NCBI RefSeq assembly: GCF_036365525.1
Contig: NC_090374.1
Coordinates: 13,495,168-13,559,167, forward strand
Length of the DNA stretch: 64,000 nt
From: Heterodontus francisci
Taxonomy: Eukaryota
Reading direction: 5' to 3'
Shown here: positions 1 to 13,699 of the stretch, one piece after another
How positions within the stretch are numbered: position 1 is the stretch's first letter
Layout: each line of letters opens with the position of its first letter
Program-made: the position numbers and the translations under genes
The notes under the pieces: generated by a model
Seen by the model: only the letters and a program-made list of their open reading frames with translations
What the model was told of the DNA's origin: nothing
Databases searched by the model: none

Positions 1-3000
1 CATTTACACCGACATCAACCCCTTCAGTATGAGGGTAAGTACAGGGAAGGGGAACATTTACCCCGTCATCAACCCCTTCAGTATGAGGGTAAGTACAGGA
101 AAGGGGAACATTTACCCCGTCATCAACCCCTTCAGTATGAGGGTAAGTACAGGGAAGGGGAACATTTACCCGACATCAACCCCTTCAGAGCGAGGGTAAG
201 TACAGGAAAGGGGAACAATTACCCCGACATCAACCCTTTCAGTGCGAGGGTAAGTACAGGAAAGGGGAACATTTACCCCGACATCAACCCCTTCAGTGCG
301 AGGGTAAGTACAGGAAAGGGGAACATTTACCCCGACATCAACCCCTTCAGTGCGAAGGCAAGTACAGGAAAGGGGAACATTTACTCCGACATCAACCCCT
401 TCAGTGTGAGGATAAGTACAGGAAAGGGGAACATTTACCCCAACATCAACCCCTTCAGTGCAAGGGTAAGTACAGGAAAGGGGAACATTTACCCCAACAT
501 CAACCCCTTCAGTGCGAGGGTAAGTACAGGAAAGGAGAACATTTACTCCGACATCTTCCCCTTCAGAGTAAGTACAGGAAAGGGGAACATTTAGCCCGAC
601 ATCAACCCCTTCAGTATGAGAGTAAGGACAGGAAAGGGGAACATTTACCCCGACATCAACCCCTTCAGTGCGAGGGTAAGTACAGGAAAGGAGAACATTT
701 ACTCCGACATCAACCCCTTCAGTGCGAGGGTAAGTACAGGAAAGGGGAACATTTACCCCGACATCAACCCCTTCAGAGTAAGTACAGGAAAGGGGAACAT
801 TTACCCCGAAATCAACCCCTTCAGTATGAGGGTAAGTACCGGAAAGGGGAACATTTATCCCAACGTCAACCCCTTCAGTATGAGAGTAAGGACAGGAAAG
901 GGGAACATTTAGCCCGACATCAACCCCTTCAGTATGAGAGTAAGGACAGGAAAGGGGAACATTTACCCCAACGTCAACCCCTTCAGTATGAGGGTAAGTA
1001 CAGGAAAGGGGAACATTTACCCCAACGTCAACCCCTTCAGTATGAGGGTAAGTACAGGAAAGGGGAACATTTACCCCGACATCAACCCCTTCAGTGTGAG
1101 GGTATGTACAGGAAACGGGAACATTTACCCCAACATCAACCCCTTCAGTGCAAGGGTAAGTACAGGAAAGGGGAACATTTACCCCAACATCAACCCCTTC
1201 AGTGCGAGGGTAAGTACAGGAAAGGAGAACATTTACTCCGACATCAACCCCTTCAGTGCGAGGGTAAGTACTGGAAAGGGGAACATTTACCCCGACATCA
1301 ACCCCTTCAGAGTAAGTACAGGAAAGGGGAACATTTACCCCAACGTCAACCCCTTCAGTGCGATGGTAGGTACAGGAAAGGGGAACATTTACCCCGACAT
1401 CAACCCCTTCAGTGTGAGGGTATGTACAGGAAACGGGAACATTTACCCCGACATCAACCCCTTCAGTGTGAGGGTAAGTACAGGAAAGGGGAACATTTAC
1501 CCCGACATCAACCCCTTCAGTGTGAGGGTAAGTACAAGAAAGGGGAACATTTAAAATGATATCAACCCCTTCAGAGCGAGGGTAAGTACAGGAAAGGGGA
1601 ACATTTACCCCGACATCAACCCCTTCGGTGCGAGAGTAACGACAGGAAAGGGGAACATTTACCCCGACATCAACCCCTTCAGTATGAGGGTAAGTACAGG
1701 AAAGGGGAACATTTACCCCGACATCAACCCCTTCAGTGTGAGGGTAAGTACAGGAAAGGGGAACATTTACACCGACATCAACCCCTTCAGTATGAGGGTA
1801 AGTACAGGAAAGGGGAACATTTACCCCGACATCAACCCCTTCAGTGTGAGGGTAAGTACAGGGAAGGGGAACATTTACCCGACATCAACCCCTTCGGTGC
1901 GAGAGTAACGACAGGAAAGGGGAACATTTACCCGACATCAACCCCTTCAGTGCGACGGTAAGGACAGGAAAGGGGAACATTTACCCCGACATCAACCCCT
2001 TCAGTGCGAGGGTAAGTACAGGAAAGGGGAACATTTACCTCGACATCAACCCCTTCAGTGCGAGGGTAAGTACAGGAAAGGGGAACATTTACCCCGTCAT
2101 CAACCCCTTCAGTGTGAGGGTAAGTACAGGAAAGGGGAACATTTACCCCGACATCAACCCCTTCGGTGCGAGAGTAACGACAGGAAAGGGGAACATTTAC
2201 CCCGACATCAACCCCTTCAGTATGAGGGTAAGTACAGGAAAGGGGAACATTTACCCCGACATCAACCCCTTCAGTGCGAAGGCAAGTACAGGAAAGGGGA
2301 ACATTTACCCCGACATCTTCCCCTTCAGAGTAAGTACAGGAAAGGGGAACATTTACCCCGACATCAACCCCTTCAGTGTGAGGGCAAGTACAGGAAAGGG
2401 GAACATTTACCCCGACATCAACCCCTTCAGTATGACGGTAAGTACAGGAAAGGGGAACATTTACCCCGACATCAACCCCTTCAGGGTAAGTACAGGAAAG
2501 GGGAACATTTACCCCGACATCAACCCCTTCAGTATGACGGTAAGTACAAGAAAGGGGAACATTTACCCCGTCATCCACCCCTTCAGTATGAGGGTAAGTA
2601 CAGGAAAGGGGAACATTTACCCCGACATCAACCCCTTCAGTGTGAGGGCAAGTACAGGGAAGGGGAACATTTACCCGACATCAACCCCTTCAGTGCGAGG
2701 GTAAGTACAGGAAAGGGGAACATTTACCCCGACATCAACCCCTTCAGTGCGAGGGTAAGTACAGGAAAGGGGAACATTTACCCCGACATCAACCCCTTCA
2801 GTGCGAGGGTATGTACAGGAAAGGGGAACATTTACCCCGACATCAACCCCTTCAGTGCGAGGGTAACTACAGGAAAGGGGAACATTTACCCCGACATCAA
2901 CCCCTTCAGTGTGAGGGTAAGTACAGGAAAGGGGAACATTTACACCGACATCAACCCCTTCAGTATGAGGGTAAGTACAGGAAAGGGGAACATTAACCCC

Positions 3001-5438
3001 GTCATCAACCCCTTCAGTATGAGGGTAAGTACAGGAAAGGGGAACATTTACCCCGACATCAACCCCTTCAGTGCGAGGGTAAGTACAGGGAAGGGGAACA
3101 TTTACCCGACATCAACCCCTTCAGTGCGAGGGTAAGGACAGGAAAGGGGAACATTTACCCCGACATCAACCCCTTCAGTGCGAGGGTAAGTACAGGAAAG
3201 GGGAACATTTACCCGACATCAACCCCTTCAGTGCGAGGGTAAGTACAGGAAAGGAGAACATTTACTCCGACATCAACGCCTTCAGTGCGAGGGTAAGTAC
3301 AGGAAAGGGGAACATTTACCCCGACATCAACCCCTTCAGAGTAAGTACAGGAAAGGGGAACATTTACCCCGAAATCAACCCCTTCAGTATGAGGGTAAGT
3401 ACCGGAAAGGGGAACATTTATCCCGACATCAACCCCTTCAGTATGAGGGTAAGTACAGGAAAGGGGAACATTTACCCCGACATCAACCCCTTCAGTATGA
3501 GGGTAAGTACAGGAAAGGGGAACATTTAGCCCGACATCAACCCCTTCAGTATGAGAGTAAGTACAGGAAAGGGGAACATTTACCCCGACATCAACCCCTT
3601 CAGTATGAGGGTATGTACAGGAAAGGGGAACATTTACCCCGACATCAACCCCTTCAGTATGAGGGTAAGTACAAGAAAGGGGAACATTTAAAATGATATC
3701 AACCCCTTCAGAGCGAGGGTAAGTGCAGGAAAGGGGAACATTTACCCCGACATCAACCCCTTCGGTGCGAGGGTAAGTACAGGAAAGGGGAACATTTACC
3801 CCGACATCAACCCCTTCAGTGTGAGGGTAAGTACAAGAAAGGGGAACATTTAAAATGATATCAACCCCTTCAGAGCGAGGGTAAGTGCAGGAAAGGGGAA
3901 CATTTACCCCGACATCAACCCCTTCAGTATGAGGGTAAGTACAGGAAAGGGGAACATTTACCCCGACATCAACCCCTTCAGTGCGAGGATAAGTACAGGA
4001 AAGGGGAACATTTACCCCGACATCAACCCCTTCAGTATGAGGGTAAGTACAGGAAAGGGGAACATTTACCCCGACATCAACCCCTTCAGTGCGAGGATAA
4101 GTACAGGAAAGGGGAACATTTACCCCGTCATCAACCCCTTCAGTATGAGGGTAAGTACAGGAAAGGGGAACATTTACCCCGACATCAACCCCTTCAGTGC
4201 GAGGGTAAGTACAGGAAAGGGGAACATTTACACTGACATCAGCCCCTTCAGTATGAGGGTAAGGACAGGAAGGGGGAACATTTACCCGACATCAACCCCT
4301 TCAGGGTAAGTACAGGAAAGGGGAACATTTACCCTGACATCAACCCCTTCAGTGTGAGGGTAAGTACAGGAAAGGGGAACATTTACCCGACATCAACCCC
4401 TTCAGTGCGAGGGTAAGTACAGGAAAGGAGAACATTTACCCGACATCAACCCCTTCAGTGCGAGGGTAAGTACAGGAAAGGGGAACATTTACCCCGACAT
4501 CAACCCCTTCAGTGCGAGGGTAAGTACAGGAAAGGAGAACATTTACTCCGACATCAACCCCTTCAGTGCGAGGGTAAGTACAGGAAAGGGGAACATTTAC
4601 ACCGACATCAACCCCTTCAGTATGAGGGTAAGGACAGGAAGGGGGAACATTTACCCCGTCATCAACCCCTTCAGTATGAGGGTAAGTACAGGAAAGGGGA
4701 ACATTTACCCCGACATCAACCCCTTCAGTGCGAGGGTAAGTACAGGAAAGGAGAACATTTACTCCGACATCAACCCCTTCAGTGCGAGGGTAAGTACAGG
4801 AAAGGGGAACATTTACCCCGACATCTTCCCCTTCAGAGTAAGTACAGGAAAGGGGAACATTTACTCCGACATCAACCCCTTCAGTGCGAGGGTAAGTACA
4901 GGAAAGGAGAACATTTACTCCGACATCAACCCCTTCAGTGCGAGGGTAAGTACAGGAAAGGGGAACATTTACCCCGACATCAACCCCTTCAGCATGAGGG
5001 TAAGTACAGGAAAGGGGAACATTTACCCTGACATCAACCCCTTCAGTGTGAGGGTAAGTACAAGAAAGGGGAACATTGAAAATGATATCAACCCCTTCAG
5101 AGCGAGGGTATGTACAGGAAAGGGGAACATTTACCCCGACATCAACCCCTTCAGCATGAGGGTAAGTACAGGAAAGGGGAACATTTACCCCGACATCAAC
5201 CCCTTCAGCATGAGGGTAAGTACAGGAAAGGAGAACATTTACTCCGACATCAACCCCTTCAGTGCGAGGGTAAGTACAGGAAAGGAGAACATTTACCCCG
5301 ACATCAACCCCTTCAGTATGAGGGTAAGTACAGGAAAGGGGAACATTTACCCCGACATCAACCCCTTCAGCATGAGGGTAAGTACAGGAAAGGGGAACAT
5401 TTACCCTGACATCAACCCCTTCAGTGTGAGGGTAAGTA

Positions 5439-6725
5439 GAACATAGAACATAGAACATAGAACATACAGCACAGAACAGGCCCTTCGGCCCACAATGTTG
5501 TGCCGATCCTTTGTCCTCTGTCAAGGACAATTTAATCTATACCCCATCATTCTCCTTTATCCATATACCTATCCAAAAGCCTTTTGAAAGTCCCTAAAGT
5601 TTCTGACTCAACAACTTCCCCGGGCAAGGCATTCCATGCCTCGACCACTCTCTGGGTAAAGAACCTTCCCCTGACATCCCCCTTATATCTCCCACCCTTC
5701 ACCTTAAATTTATGACCCCTTGTAACGCTTTGCTCCACCCGGGGAAAAAGTTTCTGACTGTCTACCCTATCTATTCCCCTGATCATCTTATAAACCTCTA
5801 TCATGTCACCCCTCATCCTTCTCCTTTCTAATGAGAAGAGGCCTAGAATGTTCAGCCTTTCCTCGTAAGACTTATTCTCCATTCCAGGCAACATCCTGGT
5901 AAATCTCCTCTGCACCCTCTCCAAGGCTTCCACATCCTTCCTAAAATGAGGCGACCAGAACTGCACACAGTACTCCAAATGAGGCCTTACCAAGGTCCTG
6001 TACAGCTGCATCATCACCTCACGGCTCTTAAATTCAATCCCTCTGCTAATGAACGCTAACACCCCATATGCCTTCTTCACAGCCCTATCCACTTGAGTTG
6101 CAACTTTCAATGATCTATGCACATAGACCCCAAGGTCTCTCTGCTCCTCCACATGCCCAAGAACCCTACCGTTAACCCAGTATTTTGCATTCATGTTTGT
6201 CCTTCCAAAATGGACGACCTCACACTTTTCAGGGTTAAACTCCATCTGCCACTTTTCAGCCCAGCACTGCAACCTATCCAAGTCCCTTTGCAGACGACAA
6301 TAGCCCTCCTCGGTATCCACAACTCCACCAACCTTTGTATCATCTGCAAATTTACTGACCCACCCTTCGACTTCCTCATCCAAGTCGTTAATAAAAATCA
6401 CAAACAGGAGAGGACCTAGAACTGATCCCTGCGGCACGCCACTGGTAACTGGGCTCCAGGCTGAGTATTTACCATCTAAGACCACTCTCTGCCTTCTATC
6501 AGTTAGCCAATTCTTAATCCAACTGGCCACATTCCCCACTATCCCATGCCTCCTGACTTTCTCCATAAGTCTACCATGGGGGACCTTATCAAATGCCTTA
6601 CTAAAATCCATGTACACCACATCCACTGGTTTACCCTCATCCACTTGCTTGGTCACCTGCTCAAAGAATTCAATCAGGCTTGTGAGGCAAGACCTACCCC
6701 TCACAAAACCGTGCTGACTGTCCCG
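5439..6725 (-). mobile_element. 5'-truncated CR1 LINE with uninterrupted RT/C-terminal ORF2 segment, inserted in the satellite
   Basis: ORF 5547..~6722 has QHGF, DFSKAFD, GVPQGSVLGP and FADD motifs. 3' tail is (TGTTCTA)n. AAGTA is duplicated at 5434-5438 and 6726-6730. Confidence 0.96.
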
Positions 6726-9700
6726 AAGTACAAGAAAGGGGAACATTGAAAATGATATCAACCCCTTCAGAGCGAGGGTAAGTACAGGAAAGGGGAACAT
6801 TTACCCCGACATCAACCCCTTCAGCATGAGGGTAAGTACAGGAAAGGGGAACATTTACTCCGACATCAACCCCTTCAGCATGAGGGTAAGTACAGGAAAG
6901 GGGAACATTTACTCCGACATCAACCCCTTCTGTGCGAGGGTAAGTACAGGAAAGGGGAACATTTACCCCGAAATCAACCCCTTCAGTATGAGGGTAAGTG
7001 CAGGAAAGGGGAACATTTACCCCGACATCAACCCCTTCAGTGCGGAGGGTAAGTACAGGAAAGGGGAACATTTACCCCGAAATCAACCCCTTCAGTATGA
7101 GGGTAAGTACAGGAAAGGGGAACATTTATCCCAATATCAACCCCTTCAGTATGAGGGTAAGTACAGGAAAGGGGAACATTTACCCCGACATCAACCCCTT
7201 CAGTATGAGGGTAAGTACAGGAAAGGGGAACATTTAGCCCGACATCAACCCCTTCAGCATGAGGGTAAGTACAGGAAAGGGGAACATTTACTCCGACATC
7301 AACCCCTTCAGCATGAGGGTAAGTACAGGAAAGGGGAACATTTACTCCGACATCAACCCCTTCAGCATGAGGGTAAGTGCAGGAAAGGGGAACATTTACC
7401 CCGACATCAACCCCTTCAGTGCGGAGGGTAAGTACAGGAAAGGGGAACATTTACCCCGAAATCAACCCCTTCAGTATGAGGGTAAGTACAGGAAAGGGGA
7501 ACATTTACCCCGACATCAACCCCTTCAGTATGAGGGTAAGTACAGGAAAGGGGAACATTTAGCCCGACATCAACCCCTTCAGCATGAGGGTAAGTACAGG
7601 AAAGGGGAACATTTAGCCCGACATCAACCCCTTCAGCATGAGGGTAAGTACAGGAAAGGGGAACATTTACTCCGACATCAACCCCTTCAGCATGAGGGTA
7701 AGTACAGGAAAGGGGAACATTTACCCCGACATCAACCCCTTCAGTATGAGGGTAAGTACAGGAAAGGGGAACATTTAGCCCGACATCAACCCCTTCAGCA
7801 TGAGGGTAAGTACAGGAAAGGGGAACATTTACTCCGACATCAACCCCTTCTGTGCGAGGGTAAGTACAGGAAAGGGGAACATTTACCCCGACATCAACCC
7901 CTTCAGTGCGGAGGGTAAGTACAGGAAAGGGGAACATTTACCCCGAAATCAACCCCTTCAGTATGAGGGTAAGTACAGGAAAGGGGAACATTTATCTCAA
8001 TATCAACCCCTTCAGTATGAGGGTAAGTACAGGAAAGGGGAACATTTAGCCCGACATCAACCCCTTCAGTGTGAGGGTAAGTACAAGAAAGGGGAACATT
8101 TAAAATGATATCAACCCCTTCAGAGCGAGGGTAAGTACAGGAAAGGGGAACATTTACCCCGACATCAACCCCTTCAGTATGAGGCTAAGTACAGGAAAGG
8201 GGAACAGTTACCCCGACAGCAACCCCTTCAGTGCGAGGGTAAGTACAGGAAAGGAGAACATTTACTCCGACATCAACCCCTTCAGTGCGAGGGTAAGTAC
8301 AGGAAAGGGGAACATTTACCCCGACATCAACCCCTTCAGTATGAGAGTAAGTACATGAAAGGGGAACATTTACCCCAACATCAACCCCTTCAGTCCGGAG
8401 GGGAAGTACAGGAAAGGAGAACATTTACTCCGACATCAACCCCTTCAGTGCGAGGGTAAGTACAGGAAAGGGGAACATTTACACTGACATCAGCCCCTTC
8501 AGTATGAGGGTAAGGACAGGAAGGGGGAACATTTACCCGACATCAACCCCTTCAGGGTAAGTACAGGAAAGGGGAACATTTACCCTGACATCAACCCCTT
8601 CAGTGTGAGGGTAAGTACAGGAAAGGGGAACATTTACCCGACATCAACCCCTTCAGTGCGAGGGTAAGTACAGGAAAGGAGAACATTTACTCCGACATCA
8701 ACCCCTTCAGTGCGAGGGTAAGTACAGGAAAGGGGAACATTTACCCCGACATCAACCCCTTCAGTGCGAGGGTAAGTACAGGAAAGGAGAACATTTACTC
8801 CGACATCAACCCCTTCAGTGCGAGGGTAAGTACAGGAAAGGGGAACATTTACACCGACATCAACCCCTTCAGTATGAGGGTAAGGACAGGAAGGGGGAAC
8901 ATTTACCCCGTCATCAACCCCTTCAGTATGAGGGTAAGTACAGGAAAGGGGAACATTTACCCCGACATCAACCCCTTCAGTGCGAGGGTAAGTACAGGAA
9001 AGGAGAACATTTACTCCGACATCAACCCCTTCAGTGCGAGGGTAAGTACAGGAAAGGGGAACATTTACCCCGACATCTTCCCCTTCAGAGTAAGTACAGG
9101 AAAGGGGAACATTTACTCCGACATCAACCCCTTCAGTGCGAGGGTAAGTACAGGAAAGGAGAACATTTACCCCGACATCAACCCCTTCAGTATGAGGGTA
9201 AGTACAGGAAAGGGGAACATTTACCCCGACATCAACCCCTTCAGCATGAGGGTAAGTACAGGAAAGGGGAACATTTACCCTGACATCAACCCCTTCAGTG
9301 TGAGGGTAAGTACAAGAAAGGGGAACATTGAAAATGATATCAACCCCTTCAGAGCGAGGGTATGTACAGGAAAGGGGAACATTTACCCCGACATCAACCC
9401 CTTCAGCATGAGGGTAAGTACAGGAAAGGGGAACATTTACCCCGACATCAACCCCTTCAGCATGAGGGTAAGTACAGGAAAGGAGAACATTTACTCCGAC
9501 ATCAACCCCTTCAGTGCGAGGGTAAGTACAGGAAAGGAGAACATTTACCCCGACATCAACCCCTTCAGCATGAGGGTAAGTACAGGAAAGGGGAACATTT
9601 ACCCCGACATCAACCCCTTCAGTGTGAGGGTAAGTACAGGAAAGGGGAACATTTACCCCGACATCAACCCGTTCAGTGTGAGGGTAAGTACAGGAAAGGG

Positions 9701-9744
9701 GAACATTTACCCCGACATCAACCCCTTCAGTGTGAGGGTAAGTA

Positions 9745-11031
9745 GAACATAGAACATAGAACATAGAACATACAGCACAGAACAGGCCCTTCGGCCCACA
9801 ATGTTGTGCCGATCCTTTGTCCTCTGTCAAGGACAATTTAATCTATACCCCATCATTCTCCTTTATCCATATACCTATCCAAAAGCCTTTTGAAAGTCCC
9901 TAAAGTTTCTGACTCAACAACTTCCCCGGGCAAGGCATTCCATGCCTCGACCACTCTCTGGGTAAAGAACCTTCCCCTGACATCCCCCTTATATCTCCCA
10001 CCCTTCACCTTAAATTTATGACCCCTTGTAACGCTTTGCTCCACCCGGGGAAAAAGTTTCTGACTGTCTACCCTATCTATTCCCCTGATCATCTTATAAA
10101 CCTCTATCATGTCACCCCTCATCCTTCTCCTTTCTAATGAGAAGAGGCCTAGAATGTTCAGCCTTTCCTCGTAAGACTTATTCTCCATTCCAGGCAACAT
10201 CCTGGTAAATCTCCTCTGCACCCTCTCCAAGGCTTCCACATCCTTCCTAAAATGAGGCGACCAGAACTGCACACAGTACTCCAAATGAGGCCTTACCAAG
10301 GTCCTGTACAGCTGCATCATCACCTCACGGCTCTTAAATTCAATCCCTCTGCTAATGAACGCTAACACCCCATATGCCTTCTTCACAGCCCTATCCACTT
10401 GAGTTGCAACTTTCAATGATCTATGCACATAGACCCCAAGGTCTCTCTGCTCCTCCACATGCCCAAGAACCCTACCGTTAACCCAGTATTTTGCATTCAT
10501 GTTTGTCCTTCCAAAATGGACGACCTCACACTTTTCAGGGTTAAACTCCATCTGCCACTTTTCAGCCCAGCACTGCAACCTATCCAAGTCCCTTTGCAGA
10601 CGACAATAGCCCTCCTCGGTATCCACAACTCCACCAACCTTTGTATCATCTGCAAATTTACTGACCCACCCTTCGACTTCCTCATCCAAGTCGTTAATAA
10701 AAATCACAAACAGGAGAGGACCTAGAACTGATCCCTGCGGCACGCCACTGGTAACTGGGCTCCAGGCTGAGTATTTACCATCTAAGACCACTCTCTGCCT
10801 TCTATCAGTTAGCCAATTCTTAATCCAACTGGCCACATTCCCCACTATCCCATGCCTCCTGACTTTCTCCATAAGTCTACCATGGGGGACCTTATCAAAT
10901 GCCTTACTAAAATCCATGTACACCACATCCACTGGTTTACCCTCATCCACTTGCTTGGTCACCTGCTCAAAGAATTCAATCAGGCTTGTGAGGCAAGACC
11001 TACCCCTCACAAAACCGTGCTGACTGTCCCG
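9745..11031 (-). mobile_element. Second copy of the same truncated CR1 insertion
   Basis: Same length (1287 bp), same junctions, same AAGTA duplication (9740-9744 and 11032-11036), and identical 417-aa translation. Confidence 0.96.
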
Positions 11032-13699
11032 AAGTACAAGAAAGGGGAACATTGAAAATGATATCAACCCCTTCAGAGCGAGGGTAAGTACAGGAAAGGG
11101 GAACATTTACCCCGACATCAACCCCTTCAGCATGAGGGTAAGTACAGGAAAGGGGAACATTTACCCCGACATCAACCCCTTCAGCATGAGGGTAAGTACA
11201 GGAAAGGGGAACATTTACTCCGACATCAACCCCTTCAGCATGAGGGTAAGTACAGGAAAGGGGAACATTTACTCCGACATCAACCCCTTCAGTATGAGGG
11301 TAAGTACAGGAAAGGGGAACATTTACTCCGACATCAACCCCTTCTGTGCGAGGGTAAGTACAGGAAAGGGGAACATTTACCCCGAAATCAACCCCTTCAG
11401 TATGAGGGTAAGTGCAGGAAAGGGGAACATTTACCCCGACATCAACCCCTTCAGTGCGGAGGGTAAGTACAGGAAAGGGGAACATTTACCCCGAAATCAA
11501 CCCCTTCAGTATGAGGGTAAGTACAGGAAAGGGGAACATTTATCCCAATATCAACCCCTTCAGTATGAGGGTAAGTACAGGAAAGGGGAACATTTACCCC
11601 GACATCAACCCCTTCAGTATGAGGGTAAGTACAGGAAAGGGGAACATTTACTCCGACATCAACCCCTTCAGCATGAGGGTAAGTACAGGAAAGGGGAACA
11701 TTTACTCCGACATCAACCCCTTCTGTGCGAGGGTAAGTACAGGAAAGGGGAACATTTACCCCGAAATCAACCCCTTCAGTATGAGGGTAAGTGCAGGAAA
11801 GGGGAACATTTACCCCGACATCAACCCCTTCAGTGCGGAGGGTAAGTACAGGAAAGGGGAACATTTACCCCGAAATCAACCCCTTCAGTATGAGGGTAAG
11901 TACAGGAAAGGGGAACATTTATCTCAATATCAACCCCTTCAGTATGAGGGTAAGTACAGGAAAGGGGAACATTTACCCCGACATCAACCCCTTCAGTGTG
12001 AGGGTAAGTACAAGAAAGGGGAACATTTAAAATGATATCAACCCCTTCAGAGCGAGGGTAAGTACAGGAAAGGGGAACATTTACCCCGACATCAACCCCT
12101 TCAGTATGAGGCTAAGTACAGGAAAGGGGAACAGTTACCCCGACAGCAACCCCTTCAGTGCGAGGGTAAGTACAGGAAAGGAGAACATTTACTCCGACAT
12201 CAACCCCTTCAGTGCGAGGGTAAGTACAGGAAAGGGGAACATTTACCCCGACATCAACCCCTTCAGTGCGAGGGTAAGTACAGGAAAGGGGAACATTTAC
12301 CCCGACATCAACCCCTTCAGTGCGAGGGTAAGTACAGGAAAGGGGAACATTTACCCCGACATCAACCCCTTCAGTATGAGGGTAAGTACAGGAAAGGGGA
12401 ACATTTATCTCAATATCAACCCCTTCAGTATGAGGGTAAGTACAGGAAAGGGGAACATTTAGCCCGACATCAACCCCTTCAGTGTGAGGGTAAGTACAAG
12501 AAAGGGGAACATTTAAAATGATATCAACCCCTTCAGAGCGAGGGTAAGTACAGGAAAGGGGAACATTTACCCCGACATCAACCCCTTCAGTATGAGGGTA
12601 AGTACAGGAAAGGGGAACATTTATCTCAATATCAACCCCTTCAGTATGAGGGTAAGTACAGGAAAGGGGAACATTTACCCCGACAGCAACCCCTTCAGTG
12701 CGAGGGTAAGTACAGGAAAGGAGAACATTTACTCCGACATCAACCCCTTCAGTGCGAGGGTAAGTACAGGAAAGGGGAACATTTACCCCGTCATCAACCC
12801 CTTCAGTATGAGGCTAAGTACAGGAAAGGGGAACAGTTACCCCGACAGCAACCCCTTCAGTGCGAGGGTAAGTACAGGAAAGGAGAACATTTACTCCGAC
12901 ATCAACCCCTTCAGTGCGAGGGTAAGTACAGGAAAGGGGAACATTTACCCCGACATCAACCCCTTCAGTGCGAGGGTAAGTACAGGAAAGGAGAACATTT
13001 ACTCCGACATCAACCCCTTCAGTGCGAGGGTAAGTACAGGAAAGGGGAACATTTACCCCGACATCAACCCCTTCAGTATGAGGGTAAGTACAGGAAATGG
13101 GAACATTTAGCCCGACATCAACCCCTTCAGTATGAGAGTAAGTACATGAAAGGGGAACATTTACCCCAACATCAACCCCTTCAGTCCGGAGGGGAAGTAC
13201 AGGAAAGGGGAACATTTACCCCGACATCAACCCCTTCAGTCCAAGGGTAAGTACAGGAAAGGGGGAACATTTACCCCGACATCAACCCCTTCAGTACGGA
13301 GGGTAAGTACAGGAAAGGGAAACATTTCCCCCAACATCAAACCCTTCAGGGTAAGTACAGGAAAGGGGAACATTTACCCCGACATCAACCCCTTCAGTAC
13401 GGAGGGTAAGTACAGGAAAGGGAAACATTTCCCCCAACATCAAACCCTTCAGGGTAAGTACAGGAAAGGGGAACATTTACCCCAACATCAACCCCTTCAG
13501 TCCGGAGGGGAAGTACAGGAAAGGGGAACATTTACCCCGACATCAACCCCTTCAGTCCAAGGGTAAGTACAGGAAAGGGGGAACATTTACCCCGACATCA
13601 ACCCCTTCAGTACGGAGGGTAAGTACAGGAAAGGGAAACATTTCCCCCAACATCAAACCCATCAGGGTAAGTACAGGAAAGGGGAACATTTTTCCCTTA

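Larger units (their letters stand above)
1..13690. repeat. 54-bp tandem minisatellite (consensus AGGGTAAGTACAGGAAAGGGGAACATTTACCCCGACATCAACCCCTTCAGTRYG), about 205 units, with 48/53/55-bp variants; continues beyond window start
   Basis: Tandem periodicity is directly visible. The 18-aa repeating ORFs (RVSTGKGNIYPDINPFSA etc.) are its translations. Interrupted only by two CR1 copies. Confidence 0.98.

Noticed and set aside
6726-6800. Satellite-supplied ATG making a 417-aa functional RT
   Set aside because: The RT lacks the endonuclease and its N-terminal subdomains. The in-frame ATG is expected by chance from the repeat.
1-13690. Repeat-protein ORFs in the satellite
   Set aside because: 54 is divisible by 3, so several frames on both strands stay open by default. 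Frequent 53/55-bp units and stop variants break them.
1-13690. CRISPR array
   Set aside because: No unique spacers, no cas genes, and a eukaryotic context.
1-13690. Satellite-encoded hammerhead ribozyme
   Set aside because: The minus strand has CUGAAGG rather than CUGANGA, and no GAAA in the required position.
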